Source: a phage. From it: a DNA stretch of 38,310 nt. The stretch lies in sequence record PX946180.1. One strand, given 5' to 3'. Position 1 is the first letter of the stretch. Each line of letters starts with the position of its first letter. A program made the position numbers and the translations under genes. Below are positions 36,692 to 38,310 of this stretch, piece by piece. The notes beneath the pieces are model-generated. The model saw only the letters and a list, made by a program, of their open reading frames with translations, was not told the origin of the DNA and made no database searches.

Positions 36692-38310
36692 ATGTCCACG
36701 ATTACACAATTCCCTTCAGGAAACACTCAGTACAGGATTGAGTTCGACTACCTAGCCAGAACGTTTATTGTTGTTACGCTGGTGAATAGCTCTAACCCTA
36801 CCCTGAACCGTGTACTGGAAGTTGGTCGAGATTACCGATTCCTTAATCCAACGATGCTTGAGATGTTGGTTGACCAATCAGGTTTCGACATCGTTCGTAT
36901 TCACCGTCAGACTGGAACTGACTTAGTGGTAGACTTCAGGAATGGCTCAGTGTTGACAGCTAGTGACCTGACCAATGCAGAGCTTCAGGCTATCCATATT
37001 GCAGAAGAAGGTCGAGACCAAACTGTTGACTTAGCGAAGGAATATGCCGATGCTGCTGGTAACTCTGCTGGCAACGCTAAGGACAGCGAGGACGAAGCAC
37101 GCCGAATCGCTGAGAGTATCAAGGCAGCTGGTCTAACTGGCTATATTACCCGTAGATCCTTCGAGAAAGGCTTCAACGTTACAACATGGAACGAGGTCCT
37201 GCTATGGGAGGATGATGGTGAATATTACCGCTGGGATGGTACGCTCCCAAAGAACGTTCCTGCTGGCTCAACTCCTGAATCATCTGGTGGAATTGGATTA
37301 GGAGCGTGGGTTAGTGTTGGTGATGCATCGCTGAGATCTCAGATAGCCTCCGTAACCGGATTTAATCTTGTAGGTCAGGTGCCAGATGTAACTACATTAC
37401 GCAATACAGAACCGACAACAGACAGCAAGAGAATCCTCCTTCGCGAATACACAGCAGGCACAGGATATGGTGGCGGTCAGTTACGAGCAATCCTTGACGG
37501 AAGCTCTTACGTTGACAACGGCGTTACTGTGTTTAAAACAACTGGTGGTGCTGCATGGGTCCGCGTTAACGCAGATATCATTACATCCTTCATGGCGGGT
37601 GCTGTGCCTGATGCAGGTACTACTGATAACACGGCTGCTATTAATCGCTTCCTCGCCGCAGGTAAGAAATTGGTTATGAGGGATGGTATCTTTGGTCATT
37701 CTGGTCAAATTTCTTTGCAAACAGGTATATCTCTTGATTTATCTGGAGCGACAATAAAACCATCATCGACTCTACTCACCGCTGCTTGGGTGGGGAGCAA
37801 CTTGTTTGATGTAAAAATAACCGGCGGCGTGTTTGAAGGAACTGGCTTGGACAATACAGCTGGCAACGGCCATCTTTTGCTGCTTTCTAATTGCCAAGGG
37901 TGCTACGTAGATGGCACTACATTTACGAAATCTCCGCAGGATGGATTGCGATTTGTATCTTGTACACGATGTATTGCGAGTAACGCTATTTCGTACAACA
38001 ACCTTTCTGTAGGTATTCAAGACCGCGATGGGGATTACAACACTATCATTGGGTGTAAATGTAACGGTAATGGTAATACAGGAACGGTTGCTGGAGTTGG
38101 TGGTCGAGGTATTCTCACATGGCGTAGCTTTGGCACAAAAGTTATCGCCTGTGACGCGTTCAATAACACAGAGTATGGCATTCGGGCATATTCGCAAGCA
38201 GGAGATTCCAGAGGTTCGACTCAAATCCTGATTAGTGATTGCCACACCGGCGATAACACTAAGATTGATATTTACGTGTACAACGAAATCGGAAGCCTGT
38301 CTGAGATACT
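36692..38310 (+). CDS. tail fiber/tailspike, 5' part (T7 gp17-like N-terminal adaptor plus start of beta-helix domain); continues at 1..857
   Basis: ATG 36692 with AAGGAGG RBS; N-terminal ~150 aa resemble the recalled T7 gp17 tail-attachment domain (FDYLAR.F.VVTL, DYRF, LV.DF..GS.L.A.DL, HIAEE.RD); frame stays open to the window end and continues at position 1; total about 782 aa. Confidence 0.9.
   Translation, partial: MSTITQFPSGNTQYRIEFDYLARTFIVVTLVNSSNPTLNRVLEVGRDYRFLNPTMLEMLVDQSGFDIVRIHRQTGTDLVVDFRNGSVLTASDLTNAELQAIHIAEEGRDQTVDLAKEYADAAGNSAGNAKDSEDEARRIAESIKAAGLTGYITRRSFEKGFNVTTWNEVLLWEDDGEYYRWDGTLPKNVPAGSTPESSGGIGLGAWVSVGDASLRSQIASVTGFNLVGQVPDVTTLRNTEPTTDSKRILLREYTAGTGYGGGQLRAILDGSSYVDNGVTVFKTTGGAAWVRVNADIITSFMAGAVPDAGTTDNTAAINRFLAAGKKLVMRDGIFGHSGQISLQTGISLDLSGATIKPSSTLLTAAWVGSNLFDVKITGGVFEGTGLDNTAGNGHLLLLSNCQGCYVDGTTFTKSPQDGLRFVSCTRCIASNAISYNNLSVGIQDRDGDYNTIIGCKCNGNGNTGTVAGVGGRGILTWRSFGTKVIACDAFNNTEYGIRAYSQAGDSRGSTQILISDCHTGDNTKIDIYVYNEIGSLSEI
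38184..38310 (+). repeat. assembly overlap: exact copy of positions 1-127 (circular contig artifact)
   Basis: Direct comparison: 38184-38310 is identical to 1-127 and lies inside the tail fiber coding sequence. Confidence 0.9.

Noticed and set aside
38184-38310. 127-bp exact repeat of the window start, considered as a biological direct terminal repeat
   Set aside because: It lies inside the tail fiber coding sequence and has the length of a typical assembler k-mer overlap; the T7-like end sequences are at about 4866-5090 instead

Overview
This window is a near-complete genome of a T7-like lytic podophage (Autographiviridae, T7-type gene order), assembled as a circularly permuted contig: bases 38184-38310 exactly repeat bases 1-127, so the unique unit is 38183 bp and the window begins inside the tail fiber gene. 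All supported genes are on the + strand, in the order tail fiber 3' end, holin, small terminase, Rz/Rz1, HNH endonuclease, large terminase, genome-end region, Ocr-like gene 0.3, small early genes, RNA polymerase, genes 1.1/1.2, ligase, 1.6, 1.7, gp2, SSB, endonuclease I, lysozyme, primase-helicase, DNA polymerase, 5.5/5.7, exonuclease, 6.7, 7, 7.3, portal, scaffold, capsid, tail tubular A/B, internal virion proteins 13-16, tail fiber 5' part. Eleven copies of a phage-specific promoter (consensus about TAAACTATCACTATAGGGA), two T7-like terminators (TE after ligase, Tphi after capsid) and four copies of an R1.1-like RNase III element are visible. No tRNA, CRISPR, integrase or lysogeny module was seen. 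The most striking observations are lesions in two essential genes: the RNA polymerase ORF is intact but lacks about 268 internal codons covering the catalytic palm/fingers motifs A and B, and the major capsid gene keeps only its first 16 codons and last ~205 codons, joined out of frame. As written the genome cannot make its own polymerase or capsid, which points to a defective or helper-dependent genome, an engineered deletion construct, or an assembly collapse. Accessory content worth follow-up includes an Ocr-like protein with a novel C-terminal extension, unknown early ORFs after the polymerase gene and between endonuclease I and lysozyme, an ASCH/DUF3850-like gene between the tail tubular genes, and a tailspike with a beta-helix depolymerase-like domain. 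Homology calls rest on my recollection of T7 protein sequences, not on a database search.
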